Program-made: the position numbers and the translations under genes
DNA from: Balanoglossus misakiensis
Taxonomy: Eukaryota; Animalia; Hemichordata
Reading direction: 5' to 3'
Assembly (NCBI GenBank): GCA_040954595.2
Contig: CM082584.2
Location: 6,328,110 to 6,392,109 of the forward strand
Length of the DNA stretch: 64,000 nt
Part shown: piece by piece, positions 51,601 through 64,000 of the stretch
Layout: each line of letters starts with the position of its first letter
How positions within the stretch are numbered: position 1 is the first letter of the stretch
Notes under the pieces: generated by a model
Told to the model about the DNA's origin: nothing
Database searches by the model: none
The model's input: only the letters and a program-made list of their open reading frames with translations

Positions 51601-54600
51601 AAAATGAGAATTTTTCGACTTTGCGGGATTTCAAAATTTGGCCGATTTTTGAAAAAATCATGGGTTATAGCTCATGAAAATCATCCAAAAATGAGAATTT
51701 TTCGACTTCGCGGGATTTCAAAATTTGGCCGATTTTTGAAAAAATCATGGGTTATAGCTCATGAAAATCATCCAAAAATGAGAATTTTTCGACTTTCCGA
51801 ATTTTCAAATTTTCTTCATTTTTTGAGAAAAATCATGGGTTATAGCTCATAAAAATCATCCAAAAATGACAATTTTTCGACTTTCCGAAATATCAAAATT
51901 TCTTCATTTTTTTCGAAAAATAAGCATGAGTTATAGCTCATGAAAATCATCCAAAAATGAGAATTTTTCGACTTTCCGAAATATCAAGATTTCCTCATTT
52001 TTTCGAAAAAATCATGGGTTATAGCTCATGAAAATCATCCAAAAATGAGAATTTTTCGACTTTGCGGAATTTCAAAATTTGGCCGATTTTTGAAAAAATC
52101 ATGGGTTATAGCTCATGAAAATCATCCAAAAATGAGAATTTTTCGACTTTGCGGAATTTCAAAATTTGGCCGATTTTTTGAAAAAATCATGGGTTATAGC
52201 TCATGAAAATCATCCAAAATTGAGAATTTTTCGACTTTGCGGAATTTCAAAATTTCGCCGATATTTTGAAAAAATCATGGGTTATAGCTCATGAAAATCA
52301 TCCAAAAATGAGAATTTTTCGACTTTGCGGAATTTCAAAATTTGGCCGATTTTTGAAAAAAATCATGGGTTATAGCTCATTAAAATCATCCAAAAATGAG
52401 AATTTTTCGACTTTGCGGAATTTCAAAATTTGGCCGATTTTTGAAAAAATCATGGGTTATAACTCATGAAAATCATCCAAAAATGAGAATTTTTCGACTT
52501 TGCGGAATTTCAAAATTTGGCCGATTTTTGAAAAAATCATGGGTAAAAGCTCATGAAAATCATCCAAAAATGAGAATTTTTCGACTTTGCGGAATTTCAA
52601 AATTTGGCCGATTTTTTGAAAAAATCATGGGTTATAGCTCATGAAAATCATCCAAACATGAGAATTTTTCGACTTTGCGGGATTTCAAAATTTGGCCGAT
52701 TTTTGAAAAAATCATGGGTTATAGCTCATGAAAATCATCCAAACATGAGAATTTTTCGACTTTGCGGAATTTCAAAATTTGGCCGATTTTTGAAAAAATC
52801 ATGGGTTATAGCTCATGAAAATCATCAAAAAATGAGAATTTTTCGACTTTGCGGAATTTCAAAATTTGGCCGATTTTTGAAAAAATCATGGGTTATAGCT
52901 CATGAAAATCATCTAAAAATGAGAATTTTTCGACTTTGCGGAATTTCAAAATTTGGCCGATTTTTGAAAAAATCATGGGTTATAGCTCATGAAAATCATC
53001 CAAAAATGAGAATTTTTCGACTTTGCGGGATTTAAAAATTTGGCCGATTTTTGAAAAAATCATGGGTTATAGCTCATGAAAATCATCCAAAAATGAGAAT
53101 TTTTCGACTTTGCGGAATTTAAAAATTTGGCCGATTTTTGAAAAAATCATGGGTTATAGCTCATGAAAATCATCAAAAAATGAGAATTTTTCGACTTTGC
53201 GGGATTTCAAAATTTCGCCGATATTTTGAAAAAATCATGGGTTATAGCTCATGAAAATCATCCAAAAAATGAGAATTTTTCGACTTTGCGGAATTTCAAA
53301 ATTTGGCCGATTTTTTGAAAAAATCATGGGTTATAGCTCATGAAAATCATCCAAAAATGAGAATTTTTCGACTTTGCGGAATTTCAAAATTTGGCCGATT
53401 TTTGAAAAAATCATGGGTTATAGCTCATGAAAATCATCCAAAATTGAGAATTTTTCGACTTTGCGGAATTTCAAAATTTCGCCGATATTTTGAAAAAATC
53501 ATGGGTTATAGCTCATGAAAATCATCCAAAAAATGAGAATTTTTCGACTTTGCGGAATTTCAAAATTTGGCCGATTTTTGAAAAAAATCATGGGTAATAG
53601 CTCATGAAAATCATCCAAAAATGAGAATTTTTCGACTTTGCGGAATTTCAAAATTTGGCCGATTTTTGAAAAAATCATGGGTTATAGCTCATGAAAATCA
53701 TCCAAAAATGAGAATTTTTCGACTTTGCGGGATTTAAAAATTTGGCCGATTTTTGAAAAAATCATGGGTTATAGCTCATGAAAATCATCCAAAAATGAGA
53801 ATTTTTCGACTTTGCGGGATTTCAAAATTTGGCCGATTTTTGAAAAAATCATGGGTTATAGCTCATGAAAATCATCCAAAAATGAGAATTTTTCGACTTT
53901 GCGGGATTTCAAAATTTGGCCGATTTTTGAAAAAACCATGGGTTATAGCTCATGAAAATCATCCAAAATTGAGAATTTTTCGACTTTGCGGAATTTCAAA
54001 ATTTCGCCGATATTTTGAAAAAGTCATGGGTTATAGCTCATGAAAATCATCCAAAAAATGAGAATTTTTCGACTTTGCGGAATTTCAAAATTTGGCCGAT
54101 TTTTTGAAAAAATCATGGGTTATAGCTCATGAAAATCATCCAAAAATGAGAATTTTTCGACTTTGCAGAATTTCAAAATTTGGCCGATTTTTGAAAAAAT
54201 CATGGGTTATAGCTCATGAAAATCATCCAAAATTGAGAATTTTTCGACTTTGCGGAATTTCAAAATTTCGCCGATATTTTGAAAAAATCATGGGTTATAG
54301 CTCATGAAAATCATCCAAAAAATGAGAATTTTTCGACTTTGCGGAATTTCAAAATTTGGCCGATTTTTGAAAAAAATCATGGGTTATAGCTCATGAAAAT
54401 CATCCAAAAATGAGAATTTTTCGACTTTGCGGAATTTCAAAATTTGGCCGATTTTTGAAAAAATCATGGGTTATAACTCATGAAAATCATCCAAAAATGA
54501 GAATTTTCCGACTTTGCGGAATTTCAAATTTTGGCCGATTTTTGAAAAAATCATGGGTTATAGCTCATGAAAATCATCCAAAAATGAGAATTTTTCGACT

Positions 54601-57600
54601 TTGCGGAATTTCAAAATTTGGCTGATTTTTTGAAAAAATAATGGGTTATAGCTCATGAAAATCATCCAAACATGAGAATTTTTCGACTTTGCGGGATTTC
54701 AAAATTTGGCCGATTTTTGAAAAAATCATGGGTTATAGCTCATGAAAATCATCCAAACATGAGAATTTTTCGACTTTGCGGAATTTCAAAATTTGGCCGA
54801 TTTTGGAAAATATCATGGGTTATAGCTCATGAAAATCAACCAAAAATGAGAATTTTTCGACTTTGCGGAATTTCAAAATTTGGCCGATTTTTGAAAAAAT
54901 CATGGGTTATAGCTCATGAAAATCATCCAAAAATGAGAATTTTTCGACTTCGCGGAATTTCAAAATTTGGCCGATTTTTGAAAAAATCATGGGTTATAGC
55001 TCATGAAAATCATCCAAAAATGAGAATTTTTCGACTTTGCGGGATTTAAAAATTTGGCCGATTTTTGAAAAAATCATGGGTTATAGCTCATGAAAATCAT
55101 CCAAAATTGAGAATTTTTCGACTTTGCGGAATTTCAAAATTTCGCCGATATTTTGAAAAAATCATGGGTTATAGCTCATGAAAATCATCCAAAAAATGAG
55201 AATTTTTCGACTTTGCGGAATTTCAAAATTTGGCCGATTTTTTGAAAAAATCATGGGTTATAGCTCATGAAAATCATCCAAAAATGAGAATTTTTCGACT
55301 TTGCAGAATTTCAAAATTTGGCCGATTTTTGAAAAAATCATGGGTTATAGCTCATGAAAATCATCCAAAATTGAGAATTTTTCGACTTTGCGGAATTTCA
55401 AAATTTCGCCGATATTTTGAAAAAATCATGGGTTATAGCTCATGAAAATCATCCAAAAAATGAGAATTTTTCGACTTTGCGGAATTTCAAAATTTGGCCG
55501 ATTTTTGAAAAAAATCATGGGTTATAGCTCATGAAAATCATCCAAAAATGAGAATTTTTCGACTTTGCGGAATTTCAAAATTTGGCCGATTTTTGAAAAA
55601 ATCATGGGTTATAACTCATGAAAATCATCCAAAAATGAGAATTTTTCGACTTTGCGGAATTTCAAAATTTGGCCGATTTTTGAAAAAATCATGGGTTATA
55701 GCTCATGAAAATCATCCAAAAATGAGAATTTTTCGACTTTGCGGAATTTCAAAATTTGGCCGATTTTGGAAAATATCATGGGTTATAGCTCATGAAAATC
55801 AACCAAAAATGAGAATTTTTCGACTTTGCGGAATTTCAAAATTTGGCCGATTTTTGAAAAAATCATGGGTTATAGCTCATGAAAATCATCCAAAAATGAG
55901 AATTTTTCGACTTTGCGGAATTTCAAAATTTGGCCGATTTTTGAAAAAATCATGGGTTATAGCTCATGAAAATCATCCAAAAATGAGAATTTTTCGACTT
56001 TGCGGGATTTAAAAATTTGGCCGATTTTTGAAAAAATCATGGGTTATAGCTCATGAAAATCATCCAAAATTGAGAATTTTTCGACTTTGCGGAATTTCAA
56101 AATTTCGCCGATATTTTGAAAAAATCATGGGTTATAGCTCATGAAAATCATCCAAAAAATGAGAATTTTTCGACTTTGCGGAATTTCAAAATTTGGCCGA
56201 TTTTTGAAAAAAATCATGGGTTATAGCTCATGAAAATCATCAAAAAAATGAGAATTTTTCGACTTTGCGGAATTTCAAAATTTGGCCGATTTTTGAAAAA
56301 ATCATGGGTTATAACTCATGAAAATCATCCAAAATTGAGAATTTTTCGACTTTGCGGAATTTCAAAATTTCGCCGATATTTTGAAAAAATCATGGGTTAT
56401 AGCTCATGAAAATCATCCAAAAAATGAGAATTTTTCGACTTTGCGGAATTTCAAAATTTGGCCGATTTTTGAAAAAAATCATGGGTTATAGCTCATGAAA
56501 ATCATCCAAAAATGAGAATTTTTCGACTTTGCGGAATTTCAAAATTTGGCCGATTTTTGAAAAAATCATGGGTTATAACTCATGAAAATCATCCAAAAAT
56601 GAGAATTTTTCGACTTTGCGGAATTTCAAAATTTGGCCGATTTTTGAAAAAATCATGGGTTATAGCTCATGAAAATCATCCAAAAATGAGAATTTTTCGA
56701 CTTTGCGGAATTTCAAAATTTGGCCGATTTTGGAAAATATCATGGGTTATAGCTCATGAAAATCAACCAAAAATGAGAATTTTTCGACTTTGCGGAATTT
56801 CAAAATTTGGCCGATTTTTGAAAAAATCATGGGTTATAGCTCATGAAAATCATCCAAAAATGAGAATTTTTCGACTTTGCGGAATTTCAAAATTTGGCCG
56901 ATTTTTGAAAAAATCATGGGTTATAGCTCATGAAAATCATCCAAAAATGAGAATTTTTCGACTTTGCGGGATTTAAAAATTTGGCCGATTTTTGAAAAAA
57001 TCATGGGTTATAGCTCATGAAAATCATCCAAAATTGAGAATTTTTCGACTTTGCGGAATTTCAAAATTTCGCCGATATTTTGAAAAAATCATGGGTTATA
57101 GCTCATGAAAATCATCCAAAAAATGAGAATTTTTCGACTTTGCGGAATTTCAAAATTTGGCCGATTTTTGAAAAAAATCATGGGTTATAGCTCATGAAAA
57201 TCATCCAAAAATGAGAATTTTTCGACTTTGCGGAATTTCAAAATTTGGCCGATTTTTGAAAAAATCATGGGTTATAACTCATGAAAATCATCCAAAAATG
57301 AGAATTTTTCGACTTTGCGGAATTTCAAAATTTGGCCGATTTTTGAAAAAATCATGGGTTATAGCTCATGAAAATCATCCAAAAATGAGAATTTTTCGAC
57401 TTTGCGGAATTTCAAAATTTGGCTGATTTTTTGAAAAAATAATGGGTTATAGCTCATGAAAATCATCCAAACATGAGAATTTTTCGACTTTGCGGGATTT
57501 CAAAATTTGGCCGATTTTTGAAAAAATCATGGGTTATAGCTCATGAAAATCATCCAAACATGAGAATTTTTCGACTTTGCGGAATTTCAAAATTTGGCCG

Positions 57601-60600
57601 ATTTTGGAAAATATCATGGGTTATAGCTCATGAAAATCATCCAAAAATGAGAATTTTTCGACTTTGCGGGATTTCAAAATTCGGCCGATTTTTGAAAAAA
57701 TCATGGGTTATAGCTCATGAAAATCATCCAAAAATGAGAATTTTTCGACTTTGCGGGATTTCAAAATTTGGCCGATTTTGGAAAAAATCATGGGTTATAG
57801 CTCATGAAAATCATCCAAAAATGAGAATTTTTCGCATTGCGGGATTTCAAAATTTGGCCGATTTTGGAAAAAATCATGGGTTATAGCTCATGAAAATCAT
57901 CCAAAAATGAGAATTTTTCGACTTTGCGGGATTTCAAAATTCGGCCGATTTTTGAAAAATTCATGGGTTATAGCTCATGAAAATCATCCAAAAATGAGAA
58001 TTTTTCGACTTTGCGGGATTTCAAAATTTGGCCGATTTTGGAAAAAATCATGGGTTATAGCTCATGAAAATCATCCAAAAATGAGAATTTTTCGCATTGC
58101 GGGATTTCAAAATTTGGCCGATTTTGGAAAAAATCATGGGTTATAGCTCATGAAAATCATCCAAAAATGAGAATTTTTCGACTTTGCGGAATTTCAAAAT
58201 TTGGCCGATTTTTGAAAAAATCATGGGTTATAGCTCATGAAAATCATCCAAATATGAGAATTTTTTGACTTTGCGGGATTTCAAAATTTGGCCGATTTTT
58301 GAAAAAATCATGGGTTATAGTTCATGTAAATCATCCAAAAATGAGAATTTTTCGACTTTGCGGAATTGCAAAATTTGGCCGATTTTTGAAAAAATCATGG
58401 GTTATAGCTCATGAAAATCATCCAAACATGAGAATTTTTCGACTTTGCGGAATTTCAAAATTTGGCCGATTTTTGAAAAAATCATGGGTTATAGCTCATG
58501 AAAATCATCCAAAAATGAGAATTTTTCGACTTTGCGGAATTTCAAAATTTGGCCGATTTTTGAAAAAATCATGGGTTATAGCTCATGAAAATCATCCAAA
58601 AATGAGAATTTTTCGACTTTGCGGAATTTCAAAATTTGGCCGATTATTGAAAAAATCATGGGTTATAGCTCATGAAAATCATCCAAAAATGAGAATTTTT
58701 CGACTTTGCGGGATTTAAAAATTTGGCCGATTTTTGAAAAAATCATGGGTTATAGCTCATGAAAATCATCCAAAATTGAGAATTTTTCGACTTTGCGGAA
58801 TTTCAAAATTTCGCCGATATTTTGAAAAAATCATGGGTTATAGCTCATGAAAATCATCCAAAAAATGAGAATTTTTCGACTTTGCGGAATTTCAAAATTT
58901 GGCCGATTTTTGAAAAAAATCATGGGTTATAGCTCATGAAAATCATCCAAAAATGAGAATTTTTCGACTTTGCGGAATTTCAAAATTTGGCCGATTTTTG
59001 AAAAAATCATGGGTTATAACTCATGAAAATCATCCAAAAATGAGAATTTTTCGACTTTGCGGAATTTCAAAATTTGGTCGATTTTTGAAAAAATCATGGG
59101 TTATAGCTCATGAAAATCATCCAAAAATGAGAATTTTTCGACTTTGCGGAATTTCAAAATTTGGCTGATTTTTTGAAAAAATAATGGGTTATAGCTCATG
59201 AAAATCATCCAAACATGAGAATTTTTCGACTTTGCGGGATTTCAAAATTTGGCCGATTTTTGAAAAAATCATGGGTTATAGCTCATGAAAATCATCCAAA
59301 CATGAGAATTTTTCGACTTTGCGGAATTTCAAAATTTGGCCGATTTTGGAAAATATCATGGGTTATAGCTCATGAAAATCATCCAAAAATGAGAATTTTT
59401 CGACTTTGCGGGATTTCAAAATTCGGCCGATTTTTGAAAAAATCATGGGTTATAGCTCATGAAAATCATCCAAAAATGAGAATTTTTCGACTTTGCGGGA
59501 TTTCAAAATTTGGCCGATTTTGGAAAAAATCATGGGTTATAGCTCATGAAAATCATCCAAAAATGAGAATTTTTCGCATTGCGGGATTTCAAAATTTGGC
59601 CGATTTTGGAAAAAATCATGGGTTATAGCTCATGAAAATCATCCAAAAATGAGAATTTTTCGACTTTGCGGGATTTCAAAATTCGGCCGATTTTTGAAAA
59701 ATTCATGGGTTATAGCTCATGAAAATCATCCAAAAATGAGAATTTTTCGACTTTGCGGGATTTCAAAATTTGGCCGATTTTGGAAAAAATCATGGGTTAT
59801 AGCTCATGAAAATCATCCAAAAATGAGAATTTTTCGCATTGCGGGATTTCAAAATTTGGCCGATTTTGGAAAAAATCATGGGTTATAGCTCATGAAAATC
59901 ATCCAAAAATGAGAATTTTTCGACTTTGCGGAATTTCAAAATTTGGCCGATTTTTGAAAAAATCATGGGTTATAGCTCATGAAAATCATCCAAATATGAG
60001 AATTTTTCGACTTTGCGGGATTTCAAAATTTGGCCGATTTTTGAAAAAATCATGGGTTATAGTTCATGTAAATCATCCAAAAATGAGAATTTTTCGACTT
60101 TGCGGAATTGCAAAATTTGGCCGATTTTTGAAAAAATCATGGGTTATAGCTCATGAAAATAATCCAAAAATGAGAATTTTTCGACTTTGCGGAAATGCAA
60201 AATTTGGCCGATTTTTAAAAAAATCATGGGTTATAGCTCATGAAAATCATCCATTAATGAGAATTTTTCGACTTTGCGGAATTTCAAAATTTGGCCGATT
60301 TTTTGAAAAAATCATGGGTTATAGCTCATGAAAATCATCCAAAAATGAGAATTTTTCGACTTTGCGGAATTTCAAAATTTGGCCGATTTTTGAAAAAATC
60401 ATGGGTTATAGCTCATGAAAATCATCCAAAAATGAGAATTTTTCGACTTTGCGGAATTTCAAAATTTGGCCGATTTTTGAAAAAATCATGGGTTATAGCT
60501 CATGAAAATCATCCAAAAATGAGAATTTTTCGACTTTGCGGAATTTCAAAATTTGGCCGATTTTTGAAAAAATCATGGGTTATAGCTCATGAAAATCATC

Positions 60601-61038
60601 CAAAAATGAGAATTTTTCGACTTTGCGGAATTTCAAAATTTGGCCGATTTTTGAAAAAATCATGGGTTATAGCTCATGAAAATCATCCAAAAATGAGAAT
60701 TTTTCGACTTTGCGGAATTGCAAAATTTGGCCGATTTTTTAAAAAATCATGGGTTATAGCTAATGAAAATCATCCAAAAATGAGAATTTTTCGACTTTGC
60801 GGAATTTCAAAATTTGGCCGATTTTTGAAAAAATCATTGGTTATAGCTCATGAAAATCATCCAAAAATGAGAATTTTTCGACTTTGCGGGATTTCAAAAT
60901 TTGGCCGATTTTTGAAAAAAATCATGGGTTATAGCTCATGAAAATCATCCAAAAATGAGAATTTTTTGACTTTGCGGGATTTCAAAATTTGGCCGATTTT
61001 TGAAAAAAATCATGGGTTATAGCTCATGAAAATCATCC
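48606..61038. repeat. 87-bp satellite DNA array, ~143 monomers (~12.4 kb)
   Basis: Consensus GCTCATGAAAATCATCCAAAAATGAGAATTTTTCGACTTTGCGGAATTTCAAAATTTGGCCGATTTTTGAAAAAATCATGGGTTATA, repeated head-to-tail with few substitutions and homopolymer indels. Confidence 0.98.
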
Positions 61039-61559
61039 TGAAGGGATATTAATCTATAGTACATTTGCCTTTGAGCAGGAAATGATAAAAATTTATCATC
61101 CATTTCTGGCTATATGTTCCAAATTTCAATGTTTGTGGGTAGCATGTAGAACTCGTTTAAACTTTTCACATCTTCAATAACCAGCTGCTTAATCCCTGAA
61201 TATGTCATAGGTCACATTCATAATTTTTATAAACCTCTATGATTACACAGAAGAAAAACACTGAAATATAGTCAGGGTCCCCAAAAAGAGAGAGCGGACA
61301 ACTTTAAATGAATATTGCAAGCTTTCTTTATTCACATCATAAATAAAACGGCTGGCAAGTTTGTAATGCTCTGACAACCAATATTGCAGTAAAAACTGAC
61401 AAACAAAAATCCAGTTGATTTAAAAGTCGCGCTGGATGAACAAACACATGCCAAATTGTGAGACGGCAATTTATTTTCTTAGTAAAAATAGACATCTCAA
61501 AATAAATACACTGAGGACGAAAATGAAATTAAACTATTTACAAGATAAACTAAAGATGT

Positions 61560-63572
61560 CTATTTGTTCACATTTCTTTTGCTTCTGAAGAATTTGCTCT
61601 CCTTATTAGCTGCAGCGGACACCTGATTTTTCTCTTGTTGGTTTTCATGGAGGAATTCCCACAATTCTTTGCCACTCTTTGTGTTGCCAAGCAACCGACT
61701 CAGTTCTCCCTGTGAGAGGCCGATCAGTTCTGCCAGATTCCTAACCTTGTTCATTATCATCCTAAAAAAATTTTCAAAAAAAAAAAAAATACTTGAACGC
61801 GGCAATCTAACATGATACACGTGGCCATCTTTGAGCGCCAACGTTAAAGGGACAAAGTCTCTCTCTCGCTGCCCTTTTTTCCATTAATTATATTTGATAA
61901 GAGACAACGTTTGTTATTCTACAAGTGGATATATAGTGAATGAAAGTTCAACCACACACAACTTCCATCCCTCTTATAGACAGGACAGTGAAAAAACTCG
62001 CCAAAATGAATAATCGTTCTTTACCATTTATTCATTTTGGGCGAGTTTTTACTCTCATATCCTACAAACGAGATGGAAGTTGTGTGTGGTCGAATATTGA
62101 TTCACCATATATCCACATGTCGAATAACATAAACGGCGTCTTGTATCAAACATAATTAATGGAAAACGGCCAGCGAGAGAGAGAGACTTTGTCCCTTTAA
62201 TATCTTTTGACAGTATGGACCGCAGGAATACAATGTCATGAAATTTTCACATGGTGTCCCACTATGGAAACAGGTCATAAACTCCATTACCATTCCGACA
62301 TCAAAGTTTCATCTGGGTGTTACCGCTTATGACACCCTCATTTGACTGTACTGATGAATAATACTGTAAACGGTTTATTTTAGCAAGCAATAAAGTTTCG
62401 CGAAATACACGAGTAAAAAAAAACGTGAAAACAAAAAATCGCGTACATTTTTTGTGTGGAGATAATGATGCAGTTAGTGAAATACGAGAACGCGAAAATT
62501 ACTCCTCGCGTAACAGTTGCTTCTTCTGATATTGCGAAAAAATTTCCTGTCGCGTTAAATAACCCGTTTTACAGTAAATGACAATAGAATTCCCAGCTCT
62601 TGTGTTCTATTTTAATAATACGAAAGCAATCCAGTGATGCCTACCAGTAGTTTTTAGAGTTGATGCCTGGCAGCTTGATGACGAAGTCGTACGTCCCGTA
62701 CGTGTACTTCTCAGTAACCGCCTTCTCGCCGTCCTCATCTGCAGTTATCGTCATGGCAACAGTGCTATCTGGCTGTTCTTTACCCATCTTCGAGGAATTA
62801 AAAACATTTCGGGAAAAAAAATTAATGCGCTATATTAATGGGAGAAGTAACTATATGAGTATTTTCATGATGTTCTGCTTGGTCGAGCATGACCTATCAA
62901 CACTGCAGTGGCCATGAAAAAAACATAAATTTTAATAATTAGTTATAGCAAAATTGCATGCATGCAGAATAATTGGGTCACTGAATAAATTTATAGCTGA
63001 GTCTAAAACAGGACAGCGTGTTTTACAGCACGTAAACAAATTTTCTCTGAAACTGAAAAATTGTCAAAATAATGTGTCAAAGGATGATATCTTAGCCCTA
63101 AAATTTAGTTGCATATAATTATGTTGTTCAGCCTTTGTGTTGTGGTCATGAGATAAGTATTAGAATTGACGTTTGCACTGGGAATTGACACTTCTATTTG
63201 GAGACACCAATACCTGCAAAAATTTCAGACTTTTTACCAGGTATTATATATATAAACTAATCTTTGAAAATGTCTCCACCAATGAACCTGACAGTCATGG
63301 TTCAGTGGTTTTCAAAAACAGTACATCAAAACTTCATAAAAATACTGAAATTATTATCAACAGTTAGTGTGGCGCAGGTGTCATGAAAATGGCCGACTTA
63401 TTCAAGTAGACATAAATTTGCGAATACTTGCCTTTAACTGCTGGAAGAGTTCAGCTGTGGCGTGAGGGCTTGGGCACCACAGAATCCTCAACTTTGGAAA
63501 ATGTAACGTGAGAAGCGTCAGCTTGGATGAAATGTTCTGATACGAAATCTCCGATCCCAACGAAGTTTTTGA
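61560..63572 (-). CDS. ERCC4: DNA repair endonuclease XPF, last three coding exons (gene continues off the right edge)
   Basis: Exons 63572-63432 ([32 protein letters not shown]), 62787-62645 (QPD..AMTITAD...[18 protein letters not shown]) and 61761-61560 ([36 protein letters not shown]) match the end of the XPF nuclease domain and the HhH2 domain. Minus-strand AATAAA at ~61327. Confidence 0.95.
61848..62196. mobile_element. Kolobok/T2-like TTAA MITE, copy 2 (349 bp), in the last ERCC4 intron
   Basis: TTAA|AGGGACAAAGTCTCTCTCTCGCTG ... GAGAGACTTTGTCCCT|TTAA; nearly whole-length palindrome; homologous to 29408-29713. Confidence 0.88.
62362..62576. mobile_element. TA-flanked CTGTAAA MITE, copy 4
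   Basis: TA|CTGTAAACGG ... CCGTTTTACAG|TA with CGCGAAA motifs. Confidence 0.75.
62788..63431 (-). other. GC-AG intron in ERCC4
   Basis: Exon ends CAG TTA AAG followed by GCAAGT (otherwise consensus donor). The phase-0 join to MGKEQPD matches XPF colinearity. Confidence 0.85.
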
Positions 63573-64000
63573 CTGAAGCAAGAATAGAAATGAATATAAT
63601 TATATTATCTATTTCCCATTCTTATTTTACTGTACTCCGACTATAATCAAATTGGAGACCACATAATAAATCCATATTAGCCAAAAATTTCCAAAATAAT
63701 GTAATTTTTACAGGCTTGAAGAGATCATAGTAAATATTACACAGTGATCCTAAACAAAGCTAAAACACTCTCCTTTCTCAACTTTGCGAATACTTCACAA
63801 AATTCATTGGTTGTACTCAAAATTAAAACTTTCTCTGATGGTAAAATATAACTATTTCAGTGTGTATTGCAGGAACCAAACCAGTACTTTCACTTTACTT
63901 GCACGGACATGTAACTTAGGGGTTCCCCAAATGACATTTGCAAGCAGGGGAATCAACAACCCCTCCCTAACTGTTAAAAATACTGCAAGTTATTTTCAGG

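Noticed and set aside
49075-60941. Dozens of ORFs encoding repeats of MRIFRLCGISKFGRFLKKSWVIAHENHPK
   Set aside because: The 87-bp monomer is divisible by 3 and happens to lack a stop in one frame. Frames are broken at random by homopolymer indels, and there are no splice or start signals. Not a repeat protein.
48606-61038. CRISPR-like array
   Set aside because: Units are contiguous near-identical monomers with no unique spacers; the context is eukaryotic and there are no cas genes.

Overview
AT-rich, intron-containing genomic DNA from an animal, probably a marine invertebrate (taxon inferred, not established). By reading splice sites manually I reconstruct five recognisable genes: SSX2IP/ADIP (+, 11 coding exons), FAM32A (+, 4 exons), AP1M1 (+, 10 exons, one U12-type intron), a two-pore K2P potassium channel with TRESK-like topology (+, 2 exons), and the last three exons of ERCC4/XPF (-, one GC-AG intron). 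There are three unrecognised minus-strand genes. One is a first exon running off the left edge. One is a 104-aa Gly2 protein with a single coding exon. The third is a 4-exon, 208-aa secreted Cys-rich precursor that looks like a knottin split by a long cleavable spacer. A 12.4-kb array of an 87-bp satellite with higher-order periodicity sits between the convergent K2P and ERCC4 3' ends; its many 'ORFs' are artefacts. Introns carry numerous non-autonomous DNA transposons (TTAA/Kolobok-like, piggyBac-like, TA-target, hAT-like). All coordinates were read by eye and no database searches were run.
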